Assembly: GCA_938045545.1 (NCBI GenBank)
Contig: CALIBN010000006.1
Span: 62,246-126,245, forward strand
DNA from: an uncultured archaeon
GTDB lineage: Archaea; Thermoproteota; EX4484-205; JAAOZP01
DNA length: 64,000 nucleotides
Reading direction: 5' to 3'
Below are positions 48,905 through 58,581 of the stretch, piece after piece. The position numbers and the translations under genes are program-made. The notes below the pieces were generated by a model. It did no database searches, was not told where the DNA came from, and saw nothing but the letters and a program-made list of their open reading frames with translations. Position 1 is the first letter of the stretch. Each line of letters starts with the position of its first letter.

Positions 48905-49702
48905 CTAAACGCTTGAAACCGACTGTTTCAGAACCTCTAACGCGAACCTCAGCTCTTCCCCCGGGTTCTCCCCAAGCCTTGCCTCAATAGACATCGCACC
49001 CCGGTAGCCTATTTCCCCGAAGCATTTTAAAAGCCTATTGAAATCTATAATGCCCCGTCCCGGAACCCTACTATTATTATCTGCAAGATGCACGTGAACG
49101 ATTTCTCCCCCGGCCTTTTTCAAAGATTCCACTAAGTCGTATTCCTCTCTTATCATGTGTCTAACGTCCGCCGTTATCTTTACGAAATCAGAGTTGACTT
49201 TTTCGACGAGTTCCAACGCTTCTTCAATCGTGTTCACGAAATTAGTCTCGTTCTTCGGCAGCGGCTCTATTCCGAACCTAACGTTAAACTCCTCTCCTGC
49301 TTTAGCCGCAGTCTTCAAAACCTCCAGGTTTCTCTCACAACCCTTTTCACGAACGGTTTCAAAAGGTATGCTTCTAGCCTTTCCGGAGCCCCATACTAAA
49401 ACTGGACACGTGACCTCTGAAGCGGCCTCAGCAAGCTTGTAAGTATATTCAATGCTTCTCCTCCTCAAGTGTTCTGACTCAGATGTATGCGAGAAACCCG
49501 GCGGATAAATAATGTTTGAAGCAACTATGCTCACGCCATATGAGCTAGAGAGCTCCCTTATTCTCTTTAAATCCGTCTTGGAAAAATTAAAAGGGTTAAG
49601 CTGCAGCCAGCCTGGGATCTCTATGGCTTTAAACCCAAGCTCAGAGAGAATTTTCAAGTTCTCCTCAGTAGCCTGCATGCAGACGCTAAGCGTCCAGTTC
49701 AA
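48905..49702 (-). CDS. Sugar-phosphate isomerase/epimerase (AP_endonuc_2 TIM barrel)
   Basis: IEPL, DVRHM, HVHLAD..RVPG.G, GYRG..SIE. Confidence 0.88.
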   Translation of the reverse strand: MNWTLSVCMQATEENLKILSELGFKAIEIPGWLQLNPFNFSKTDLKRIRELSSSYGVSIVASNIIYPPGFSHTSESEHLRRRSIEYTYKLAEAASEVTCPVLVWGSGKARSIPFETVREKGCERNLEVLKTAAKAGEEFNVRFGIEPLPKNETNFVNTIEEALELVEKVNSDFVKITADVRHMIREEYDLVESLKKAGGEIVHVHLADNNSRVPGRGIIDFNRLLKCFGEIGYRGAMSIEARLGENPGEELRFALEVLKQSVSSV

Positions 49703-49756
49703 AAGTAATCGAGGCCTCCGAGCATACTTGAGCCATCTGGTTCCGTGGAGACAGGG

Positions 49757-51910
49757 TTAGCTTTCCTTCGCAAGATCCAGCACCCTTTTCCTAAACGTTA
49801 AGTAGGCTCTCGTAAACTCCTGCAGGGTCTTTATGCAAGGACCATAGCTAGGCCAATCTGCTATTTTTACTCCTCTATCGCCGTAGTCCTCCACTATCCC
49901 AACCTCTTTCAAAAGGCCGTTCAACTCTGGAGAGGCCTCGTATGCTTTCACAAAGTCTTCAATGCCCATGAGAATCTCAAGAACATCCGGGCCTATTCTT
50001 CTGCTGATCGAATCCTCGTAGTCTCCCATGTTAAACCCCTCTCTAAGAGCCTCCTTAACCACAGCCAGCTGATGGTTCGGAAACTCCGTGTTCGTCACGT
50101 TCCTCCTGGAAAGAGTTAGAAAAGTGTCTTCAGGCTTACGTTTAGAAGCGGGCAGCAGGTCTATCCTGTTAATTATTAATTCCGCGCTCTCACCCGGAAT
50201 CCTATGCTTCCTCATCAAGTAATCCACCCATTTAAACCTGTTCGACGGCGAGAACATTATCTCGTAGACTCTTCTAGCAACATATGTTCCAGACATTCTC
50301 ACCGCGTCTTCAAAGGTTTTCAGCATGTTGAGGACCTGCTCTCTCCCGCCGTAGGCCCCTGTTGAAACCAGGGCTTCAATGAAAGCCTCGTTAACCAGGC
50401 TTCCGAGGAGCCTCCTACTCGTAAGTAGCTCCACCTTTCCTCTGATGTCTTTCGCCCTGAATATCGAAACCTCTTCACCTTTAATTCCAAGCCTATCAGC
50501 CATTTTCTCTAAAAGGACCTCCCCACCGCCAACGCCCAGCTTTTCAACCGCTTTAAGCAAGAGGCTTGCGGCGACGCTTTCCCTCAGATGATCCTCTAGT
50601 CTTCCACCCATGTTGGTGTCATATGTTTGCGTCGGCATGATGCCTTTTCCCACGGCTACTGCCATTCCCTCCATAGCGGCCACCCCTAGGATCACTTCCT
50701 GCGACACGGTGAAGCTAAGCGTAACGTTCTGCCCTATCCCCATCTCGTTGATTTTCCTAACTATCTCTACTGAAGAAGGATAGGCTGCTGCAACCTTTAC
50801 GACAAGATTCGGCCTTCCTTTTTCCCGAGGCTCCCTATAACCCCAGAACAGATATTCATCGTAAACCCTTAAATCGTTCTCCAGTTTCTCAGCGAAACTT
50901 CTTGCAGCCTCCACACTTTTATCAACATCGTCTGCAATCAACGGGTTTAACTGGTAGCTTACAAGACCATCCTGATACTTTGACAATGCGAAAGGCACCC
51001 TGAAGACGTAGAAATTGTCAAGCAGGGCGAACCTCGTCGCTTCCATCACTATTTCGTCAGCATGTTTCTCTGGCTCCGAGAACCATTCCGGATACTGTCT
51101 CCTTAGGTTTTCCTCAACATGCTTTTTAAAAGACTCCCAGAGATAAGGGTCATCCTCATACGCTAGTGCTGCAAGCACCGGGTTCGTCGAAACCTGTACG
51201 TATCCTAAGTGTCTCAACCATCTTAGGCCAAGGGCATAATCGTTTCCAAACTTGCATAAGCCACTCCTATACGCAGAGTAGTAAAAATTATTATTCAAAG
51301 TTTTTTCGACGGCTCGAACATAGCTCTCCGCCAAGGGCTCAGTTTCAAGCTCACTCTCCATTTCTCTAGCCATCCATGCGACAAGGCTGTTACCCTTGTT
51401 CACGAGCCTCATCCTCTCGAGCTGGCTTGCTATTGTGCATCTGAAAACAACGGGTTCGCCAAGCTCCTCTTTCTCCAGCTCCTCACACTTCTTCAAAAAA
51501 CCCGTGATGAACCCAATCGTCTTTGACGCTTCCTCGTCGGAAAAGCCGACCCATGTTTTTTCAACACCCGTAAGGCTCCAAATTGTTTCAAGCAGCACGT
51601 CGTAAATCCTGTTTCTGGCGACAATGGTCTCCCCAAGTTTCTTCTCATCAGACCGCACGCCAGAACCCGCTCTAGTTAAGACTGTCTCAAGCCTCTCCAC
51701 TAGTAAACTCGCCGTTTCTACAAGCATTCCCCTGAGCTCAGGATGCAGAAGATGGTCCGACGCGAGTTTAGTATGCCCATCTAAAGCAGTCTTAATCACA
51801 TGGTCCACATGGTCTAAACGGAATGGAACGGGCAGGTTTAACGGCGACGGGCGAGAACTTAATATGACCTCCGCCGCATAATCGCGAGAAACACCGCTGT
51901 ATGTTCCCAT
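49757..51910 (-). CDS. Large transaldolase-family protein (717 aa)
   Basis: GND, STNP, VSYQLNP, PNLVVKV (Schiff-base Lys), NVTLSF, GRLED; long N-terminal helical extension. Confidence 0.78.
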   Translation of the reverse strand: MGTYSGVSRDYAAEVILSSRPSPLNLPVPFRLDHVDHVIKTALDGHTKLASDHLLHPELRGMLVETASLLVERLETVLTRAGSGVRSDEKKLGETIVARNRIYDVLLETIWSLTGVEKTWVGFSDEEASKTIGFITGFLKKCEELEKEELGEPVVFRCTIASQLERMRLVNKGNSLVAWMAREMESELETEPLAESYVRAVEKTLNNNFYYSAYRSGLCKFGNDYALGLRWLRHLGYVQVSTNPVLAALAYEDDPYLWESFKKHVEENLRRQYPEWFSEPEKHADEIVMEATRFALLDNFYVFRVPFALSKYQDGLVSYQLNPLIADDVDKSVEAARSFAEKLENDLRVYDEYLFWGYREPREKGRPNLVVKVAAAYPSSVEIVRKINEMGIGQNVTLSFTVSQEVILGVAAMEGMAVAVGKGIMPTQTYDTNMGGRLEDHLRESVAASLLLKAVEKLGVGGGEVLLEKMADRLGIKGEEVSIFRAKDIRGKVELLTSRRLLGSLVNEAFIEALVSTGAYGGREQVLNMLKTFEDAVRMSGTYVARRVYEIMFSPSNRFKWVDYLMRKHRIPGESAELIINRIDLLPASKRKPEDTFLTLSRRNVTNTEFPNHQLAVVKEALREGFNMGDYEDSISRRIGPDVLEILMGIEDFVKAYEASPELNGLLKEVGIVEDYGDRGVKIADWPSYGPCIKTLQEFTRAYLTFRKRVLDLAKES

Positions 51911-52078
51911 ATGGCGTTCATCCGAGTCGAAGAGTTTATAAGTTTTTAAACGTTACTTTAAAAAATAACATTCAGAATTCTAAATCCGCGACATGTCAAA
52001 GCTAGCGGAGCCGAGAATACTTGGATAGCCTTGAAACTGAATTGGAATGTGGCGAGCTCAAGGTTATACTCTAGGGGC

Positions 52079-53311
52079 TTAGGCGACAGGGGGAATTACG
52101 TTCATCCTCGTAGATAGGCTGAAAACATACTTGTCGGAGTGGAGGAAAGATAGTTCTCCGAAGAATGCGACATACTCTTTTCCTTTTTCAATACTGTAAG
52201 CATAGTCGCCATCCTGCTTAAGCAGAGGTAGAGAGAACCAAACGGAATCCCTAAAATCCATGCTTTTCGAAGAGGCAAGCCACCCGTCAACATACAGAGG
52301 TTCTTCGCTGGAGTTTACAGTAAAGGCGACCCGCCCGTTTCCATCCCTTTCAACCCTTACCTTCGGCAAGCTCTTATTCGACACAATAGAGTGTGCGAAT
52401 GCTGTAATCGAGTTAATAACCCTCCTACTATCTTCTAAAGCATGGCCGGAATTCGGCACGTATAAGAGGTACTTTTCACCCAATAAAGCGTCAAAGTAAA
52501 GGTTTGAAGAATCGACCGTCCAATACCTATCGTTAGTCCCATTTACGATCAGCTTCGGAGCTTTCAAATACTCCAAGTAATTAAACGGATCTATTATTTG
52601 CACCAGTCTTTGGCCGGTTTCAGAGTACATGCGCTCCTGAAGCCCCAACCTAGTGTAATCCTGAATGAGTTCACTGTAGCCCCCGTAGCATTCGAGCTGA
52701 TGCTTCATCTGCTCGTTAAAGTTGAGATTGTCGAATACCAGTGGGATTATTCCGGAAACTCTTTTATCTACTGCAGCTAAGAGCCAAGTGGTCCATCCTC
52801 TTTTCGAGGCCCCTGTAACTATGAAACCTTTTAACTCCCCAAGCTTCGCTTCAAGAAAAGCCTCCGCCATATCCATCGCTTTCTTAGCAGATTTCACCAT
52901 CGGAAGGAGCAGGGGCCATTCTTCATCCCGGGTTTCCAAAAATCTAAGGAAAGTATATGAAACCAATCCATCCTCGTATAGCCCGTTGAACAAGGGCTGG
53001 TTAGGGACGTCGTGAAGAATTATACAGGGCAGGGGCAGCATACGGGATAAAGCCTTGCAGAAGGCTAGCTCCCCTAAACCGGAGCCGCTTCCGGTTATCA
53101 GCAGGACGGCGTAATTGTGCTCAACTCCTTTAGGAATTACTATGCTCACCCTATGAGACCACAGGTATTCCTTCCATTTTTGAGATTGGAGATTAACAGC
53201 ATATGTGTCGAAGCCCCGTTCCTCGCGAAAACTTTCAATCTTCCACGAGTAGCATTCGTCTCCTCTCCAAACATACTCGCTTAATACGTTGGACATTAGA
53301 ACGTTCAACAA
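52079..53311 (-). CDS. PqaA-type (PhoPQ-activated pathogenicity-related) alpha/beta hydrolase
   Basis: SQKW, W.H, VPNQPL, WPLLLPMVKS, GASKRGWTTW, DP, ND.YW, PNSGH. Confidence 0.88.
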   Translation of the reverse strand: MLNVLMSNVLSEYVWRGDECYSWKIESFREERGFDTYAVNLQSQKWKEYLWSHRVSIVIPKGVEHNYAVLLITGSGSGLGELAFCKALSRMLPLPCIILHDVPNQPLFNGLYEDGLVSYTFLRFLETRDEEWPLLLPMVKSAKKAMDMAEAFLEAKLGELKGFIVTGASKRGWTTWLLAAVDKRVSGIIPLVFDNLNFNEQMKHQLECYGGYSELIQDYTRLGLQERMYSETGQRLVQIIDPFNYLEYLKAPKLIVNGTNDRYWTVDSSNLYFDALLGEKYLLYVPNSGHALEDSRRVINSITAFAHSIVSNKSLPKVRVERDGNGRVAFTVNSSEEPLYVDGWLASSKSMDFRDSVWFSLPLLKQDGDYAYSIEKGKEYVAFFGELSFLHSDKYVFSLSTRMNVIPPVA

Positions 53312-53322
53312 TGTTCAGGCTA

Positions 53323-54390
53323 TTAAATTTTATTCAGCCTGTACTTGTTTGCCGCCTCGTATAGGGTCAGAATGTTTTCAATCGGCGTGTTTCTGAGAAT
53401 TGTGTGACTCGGCCTCAGCGTGTAGCCGGTTGGGCCAAGAACCCTTATGGCCTCCTTAACTTCCTGCTCTATCTCAACCCTGTTTTTAAAAGGAAGAGTT
53501 TGAACGCCTATTCCACCTTCGAAACTCAGTTTTTCACCATACTTCTCCTTTATTTTCGCAATATCCATGCTCTCCGGCTGAAGCGGTTCTAAAACGTCTA
53601 CGCCTACCTCAATCAGGTCCTGAATAATCGGTTCAACCCAGCCGTCGCTGTGAAAATGAAAGAAAGCATCCCCCTTATGTATTACGTCTGCAAGCCTCTC
53701 ATACCTTGGCTTCAAGAACCTTCTCCACTGGGAAGGGGAAACCAGCATGGTTGTCTGCGCCCCAACATCGTCACCATTGTAAACCTGGTCGACGCCTGCT
53801 TCAACGAGAAGCTTAGCCTGCTTACAGGATATTTCGAAAAGCCTATCTAGGGCGAGCTCCACCTTTCTAGGCTCGTTAACCATTAGTTTAAAAATCTCGT
53901 TATACCCGAATAGTGCGCAAGCCGTTTCAAAAGCCTGTAGAGTAAACCCTACGACGCAATAATCCTCGTGTCTTCTTCTAAACTTTTCAACCTTCTCAAA
54001 ATCCTGTTCTATTATTTCCGGGAAAGGATAGTCCTCCACCTCCATGTGTTTTAAAGGATGGTCTACGTAAAAACTGGTCAACCCGTTTCTCGAAACCATT
54101 GAAACAACACCCCAGTGGTTTCTGCGAAGAACCCTGCCTTGAGAGTCCTTAATATTCTCCTCCTTAAAACCGCCTTTCAAACCAATCCCTATCGCGTCGA
54201 TTCCAACGTTGCCACGGTAATCTATTTTGAAAAACTCGTATAGCTCCTCCGTGTCCTTCAAGTTAAGATGGCTCATTAAGCTCCTCAATGGCTCCGGAGA
54301 GTCTATCCAAATGTTGATCGGGATGCAGTCTACTTCCTCCCTTTTCACGGCCCTATAACATCTTTCTCTCGAACTGTATTTTTTCTGCAT
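53323..54390 (-). CDS. Uroporphyrinogen decarboxylase / MtaA-CmuA family protein
   Basis: SRER...A, HWG, GDDVGAQ, HSDG, LQPE.MD..K.KYG, P.H.....TPIENI. Confidence 0.85.
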   Translation of the reverse strand: MQKKYSSRERCYRAVKREEVDCIPINIWIDSPEPLRSLMSHLNLKDTEELYEFFKIDYRGNVGIDAIGIGLKGGFKEENIKDSQGRVLRRNHWGVVSMVSRNGLTSFYVDHPLKHMEVEDYPFPEIIEQDFEKVEKFRRRHEDYCVVGFTLQAFETACALFGYNEIFKLMVNEPRKVELALDRLFEISCKQAKLLVEAGVDQVYNGDDVGAQTTMLVSPSQWRRFLKPRYERLADVIHKGDAFFHFHSDGWVEPIIQDLIEVGVDVLEPLQPESMDIAKIKEKYGEKLSFEGGIGVQTLPFKNRVEIEQEVKEAIRVLGPTGYTLRPSHTILRNTPIENILTLYEAANKYRLNKI

Positions 54391-54482
54391 CCTTCCGCTT
54401 GTACACCACCGAATTTTAAATCTTTACTCCAGCGCCAGCTTAAAATAAGCTCATCCTGTTAAGCTAATGCTCTTATAGCGCG

Positions 54483-55991
54483 CTACCTGATCAACGGAAC
54501 TTGAAACCCGCATCTGGGACACTTGCCTTCAGAAGTCAATCTCATGCTTAGAATGTTGAAGCCTAAGCGTTTAATCAAAAGTTCGCCGCATCCGGGACAC
54601 CAAGTGTTCTCGTATTTATGGCCCGGGACGTTTCCAACGTATGGGAACAAAACGCCTAGGGATCTGGCAAGTTCCCTAGCTTTCTCAAGGGTTTTAATAG
54701 GGGTGGATGGGGCCTTAAACTTATACTCCGGATGGTACCGGGTGAAGTGGAGCGGAGTATCGGGTCCAAGCTCCTTAAGATGGGTCTCCACCAATTGTCT
54801 GAGGCAATCGTCGTCGTCATTAACCCCAGGGATCACCAGGTTAACCATCTCCACGTGAAGGCCGAGCTCTCTGGCTCTCCGCGCATTCCTCCATACAACG
54901 CCTGCTTTAACCCCGCCGCAATACTTCTCGTAAGCCTCCTCATCACCCTTGACGTCGAACTTTATCGCGTCTAAACCTGCTTCGGCCAGAGCATCCAAGG
55001 CTTTAAGCGTCATGTACCCGTTTGAAACGAAAGTGTTGTAGAGCCCCTTCTTCCTGGCCAAGGGGAACAGGTCCAGGCTGTATTCTAGCAGGAGGGTTGG
55101 TTCGTTGAAGGATATCGACGTTCCCTCGCAACCATTCATCCACGCTATGTCCACAAACTGCTGTGGGCCTATGTAATGGGCCCTTCCAGGGTCAGGCTGG
55201 TTCTTAGATATATCATAATTTTGGCAATTGGACACGAGGAAACCGTTGGCGAAGAAATTGTGCGTCGGCTTTACCGTCGTCAGATCCCTTACGTCTGAAA
55301 TCTCCACTTTTTCCATACTCTCAATAGTTTCCCAGACTAAAACTTCATCCCCAAGTTTAGACTCCTTAAGCCATTCTTTAAACTTCGGGTAAACGGCGAC
55401 CCTATCTCCCATCTTTAAATCCTTCAATGGCGAGTAGCCGTTTGGAGTATAGAAAGGGTGTTCCTCGGTAGCAATGACTTCTCGCCCAGTTTCTTTCGTC
55501 ACAATCTTGAAGGCTCTAAGTCCTTTTGAGCGAGGGTTAATTTTGAAATATCTTGCTATTTTGGATGCGGCTAAGGTTTTCCTTTCAAGATCGTAAGTGA
55601 TGATTTCATAATGCTTCCAACATTTTTCAAGCCTGCCAATCGGAATAGTGTAGCCATCGCTCAATAGCACCTCCGTATTAGGATCTAGACACCACGGGCA
55701 GGAAAAGTTGCAGCTCCAGGTTCCAACTGTAAGCGCGTAGCTGCCAGGGTGGAAATGGAAAAACGGCTTCTTCTCAATAGGGTTTGCCGAAATAGAGGAT
55801 ATGTCTCCGTAGACAATCGTGTACAGTTTTCCCTCAACGTTCACCCTAGTGCCGCAGAATCCTCTAGCGCCCTCTTTAATCCTGCACCGACGCTCGCAGG
55901 CTAGGCATACTGTCTCGTCAACCCCTGTCTTCTCGTAGAACCTTGCTTCTCTAACCGTTGGAAACCGTGTAAGCTCAACCCCCTGCTTCAA
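54483..55991 (-). CDS. AmmeMemoRadiSam-type radical SAM enzyme (PFL-activating-enzyme-like), intein-containing
   Basis: CLACERRC, PIEKKPFFHFHPG, CNFSCPW|intein|CQNYDIS, NEP, PLHFTRYHP, YVGNV.G, CPGC, CPRC. Confidence 0.92.
   Translation of the reverse strand: MKQGVELTRFPTVREARFYEKTGVDETVCLACERRCRIKEGARGFCGTRVNVEGKLYTIVYGDISSISANPIEKKPFFHFHPGSYALTVGTWSCNFSCPWCLDPNTEVLLSDGYTIPIGRLEKCWKHYEIITYDLERKTLAASKIARYFKINPRSKGLRAFKIVTKETGREVIATEEHPFYTPNGYSPLKDLKMGDRVAVYPKFKEWLKESKLGDEVLVWETIESMEKVEISDVRDLTTVKPTHNFFANGFLVSNCQNYDISKNQPDPGRAHYIGPQQFVDIAWMNGCEGTSISFNEPTLLLEYSLDLFPLARKKGLYNTFVSNGYMTLKALDALAEAGLDAIKFDVKGDEEAYEKYCGGVKAGVVWRNARRARELGLHVEMVNLVIPGVNDDDDCLRQLVETHLKELGPDTPLHFTRYHPEYKFKAPSTPIKTLEKARELARSLGVLFPYVGNVPGHKYENTWCPGCGELLIKRLGFNILSMRLTSEGKCPRCGFQVPLIR
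55227..55691 (-). mobile_element. Mini-intein (155 aa, no homing endonuclease)
   Basis: Block A CLDPNTEVLLSDG, block B IATEEHPFYT, block F/G VRDLTTVKPTHNFFANGFLVSN followed by Cys+1. Confidence 0.93.
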
Positions 55992-56000
55992 CAGTTTTTA

Positions 56001-56026
56001 AAAGACTTTTGAGCGTAAAAGTCTTT
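56001..56026. promoter_or_regulatory. Inverted repeat AAAGACTTTT-N6-AAAAGTCTTT upstream of the radical SAM gene
   Basis: Perfect 10-bp arms starting 10 bp upstream of the start codon. Confidence 0.45.
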
Positions 56027-56459
56027 CCGTAGTGAGGAGTTTAGGAGAATGCCTAAACTTTCACGGCTTAAACGGCGGTTAGGATTGCGGAGAAAGAGGA
56101 TGACTGAGGCTTATGGGAAAACTGGGATTGAGAGAGTTCTTCAGGATGTCGGTAAGGCATTGGGAGAAAAAGGTGTTGAAAATACTCTTGCAACATGGGC
56201 AGGAAATTTTGGCTTAGCGGTTGGCTAAGTGATTGTGAGCAGGTGGTAGAATAGTTTCGTCTTCCCAATCGTTAAGACACACGGGCTTGATGCGAGGCGC
56301 GTATGAAGAAAAGTCTATCCATGCCTCTGAACAGTTTTTAAAAAGGATTAACCCAAAGTTAAACTTTGGCGGAACCATGATGAGATTAAGCCTCATAAGC
56401 TTATTGCGAAGAAAAAACGTGTGGAGGAGTATGAAGCACAGGCTTCTGGATTTAACGAA

Positions 56460-58106
56460 CTACCTTAGCTTAGAGTCTACTCTTCCCGCGGCTCCCCAGA
56501 ATCTTTCAATAATCCTCTCTAGACCATGAGGCTTCCGCTCGGAGAGCCAGAGCTTACTGTACTTGTTTGCAAGATAGATGAAGTCTGACGGTTTAACCTC
56601 GTTCTTCAGCCTCTTCAAGCATACTTCTATGCAGCTTCTGATGAAGCCAAGGTCCTCCGGCAGATTCACCCCGCTTTTCTCCTCCAAAAGCTTTTCCATG
56701 GAAAGTTTCAACGAGTACACTTCCGCTTCAGACATTCTGTAGTACCAGAAGTCCGCGAACAACACGTGTTTCAAAGTTTCTGAAACATCAGGTTGCCCAA
56801 AGGCCTTCCTAATCTCAACAATCTCCATTGGTTCTCCTGTTAAAGCACTCCACTTCTCCTCCCACCTGCCATCTCCCTCAGCGTACTCCATGCATGCTAG
56901 GATAAGCGGCTCTAGGAACGAGAAGAGGCATTCCTCACCGTCGTCACCCCAAGCCGTTAATAGGAATCCTGGAAGGCCCTCTGCCCTAGCCGCCAGCAGG
57001 AAGCCCTTCATGTTTTCCAAGGCTGTTTTAAAGTTGGGATAATACCTGTTCCAATTCGAGAGCCCCGGGCATACGATCTGCTGCATCTTCTTTTCGCCGA
57101 ACATGTTTATCTTACCCCTGAAATACTTCTCATCACCAGGACTGTAGTCCCAGTTTGCAATCACAACATCCTGCCAGATGGGGCTCTTGACAACCCCTGA
57201 CCATTTAGCCCTCTCCTCCTCTCTCAAATACATTCCAGTAAGCATGTCTCCCCATAGTATCGGGGTCTTACCCTTTTCTTTAACGATGTTAACCATGTTT
57301 CTGTGATGAGCCTCGTAGAGCATGGGTCCCTCGAAGACTCCGGTTTTATCAAGGCTTCTCCCTCTCCCCATCGCCCAAGTCTCGTCTCCACCTATGTGAA
57401 TATGTTTAGAAGGCGAGGCTTCAACCGCTTCCCTTAGGAGTTCATACGCGAACTCTCTGGCCTTCTCATTGCTGACGTCCAAGCATCCTTCCCCCGGGCG
57501 ATGCCACTCGCTGAAACTCCAGTATTCCGGGAGTGAAAGAATATGCTCCATGTGGCCAGCCAGCTCTAGTGACGGGAAAACCTCTATTCCAAGCTGCTTC
57601 CCATAGTTAACCACTTCGGAATACTCTTCCCTGGAAAGCCTTCCTCTGTGTACTCCTATGCTAGGATGCTTCTCCCAGGGGAAAAGGTCTTCGAAGTAAA
57701 TGGCGAAGTAGTTGTATTTCAGGAGGAAAAGCCATCTTAGAATCTTTTTGAAAGTCTCCACAGTAGGGACCCCGCCGCGTGCAATATCCAAGTGGTAGCC
57801 CCGGAAGGAGAATTTAAGATTCTCCTCAACGCTCACCTCAGGAATATGACCAGGTTTCTGTCTTAGAAGCTGGATTATCGTCGCGTGACAGATTTTCTCA
57901 TCCCCCCATATGGCGATTTCCCTGCTTTCACCATTCACCTCTAAGCCATTCCAGCTTCTTTCAGTCTTAACTATCTTCCAGGAGCCTCGAGGAATATTGA
58001 ATTCCCTGCTTAGAAACTCTGGAAGGTTTAAACCGTCGAACTCAAACCATTTCCCCGTGAAGACCAGTTTCTTCGGCTCGGGAACTATTTCAATCTTCTT
58101 AACCAT
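56460..58106 (-). CDS. Beta-N-acetylhexosaminidase, GH20
   Basis: FRGYHLDIAR, GHME, HIGGDE catalytic motif, WGDM, TAWGDDG. ATG 58106 preferred over 58250. Confidence 0.92.
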   Translation of the reverse strand: MVKKIEIVPEPKKLVFTGKWFEFDGLNLPEFLSREFNIPRGSWKIVKTERSWNGLEVNGESREIAIWGDEKICHATIIQLLRQKPGHIPEVSVEENLKFSFRGYHLDIARGGVPTVETFKKILRWLFLLKYNYFAIYFEDLFPWEKHPSIGVHRGRLSREEYSEVVNYGKQLGIEVFPSLELAGHMEHILSLPEYWSFSEWHRPGEGCLDVSNEKAREFAYELLREAVEASPSKHIHIGGDETWAMGRGRSLDKTGVFEGPMLYEAHHRNMVNIVKEKGKTPILWGDMLTGMYLREEERAKWSGVVKSPIWQDVVIANWDYSPGDEKYFRGKINMFGEKKMQQIVCPGLSNWNRYYPNFKTALENMKGFLLAARAEGLPGFLLTAWGDDGEECLFSFLEPLILACMEYAEGDGRWEEKWSALTGEPMEIVEIRKAFGQPDVSETLKHVLFADFWYYRMSEAEVYSLKLSMEKLLEEKSGVNLPEDLGFIRSCIEVCLKRLKNEVKPSDFIYLANKYSKLWLSERKPHGLERIIERFWGAAGRVDSKLR

Positions 58107-58193
58107 TTTCCACGCTTCTTCAACGGGCGGAGACATATAAAGCTTAATGTTTTTCACGAAAAATTTAACTCTCCTGCTCCGGCTGTAATACCG

Positions 58194-58574
58194 ATGAAGC
58201 AAGAAGTATTTACAGAAGACGCTCCAAAGCCGATAGGCCCTTATTCTCAAGCCATACGTTCCGGAAGCCTCGTGTTCCTTTCAGGGATAATACCTTTAGA
58301 CCCCGCTACTGGAGAAATAGTAAGAGGCGACATAAGAAGAGCTACTGAGCAAGTGTTTAAAAACGCTTCCTCGATACTTAAGGCGGCAGGCGTTTCCCTG
58401 GAGGATGTGGTGAAGGTCACAGTATTCATGAAAGATTTAACGTTTTTCAACGAAATGAACGACGTCTACTCTAAATGGTTTAAGAAGCCATATCCTGCGA
58501 GGACAACGGTTCAGGTAGCAGCATTGCCAAGGGACGTTGACTTGGAAATGGATTTCATCGCGGAAACCGGATGA
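58194..58574 (+). CDS. ridA: RidA family enamine/imine deaminase
   Basis: APKPIGPYSQA, VVKVTVF, PARTTVQVAALP, EMDFIA. Confidence 0.93.
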   Translation: MKQEVFTEDAPKPIGPYSQAIRSGSLVFLSGIIPLDPATGEIVRGDIRRATEQVFKNASSILKAAGVSLEDVVKVTVFMKDLTFFNEMNDVYSKWFKKPYPARTTVQVAALPRDVDLEMDFIAETG

Positions 58575-58581
58575 CTCTAGG

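Noticed and set aside
56040-56460. Possible gene remnant between the radical SAM gene and GH20
   Set aside because: Coding-like fragments with multiple stops. I cannot assign a family without BLASTx.
58107-58250. N-terminal extension of GH20 overlapping ridA
   Set aside because: It spans the divergent promoter region and the ridA start; ATG 58106 is more plausible.
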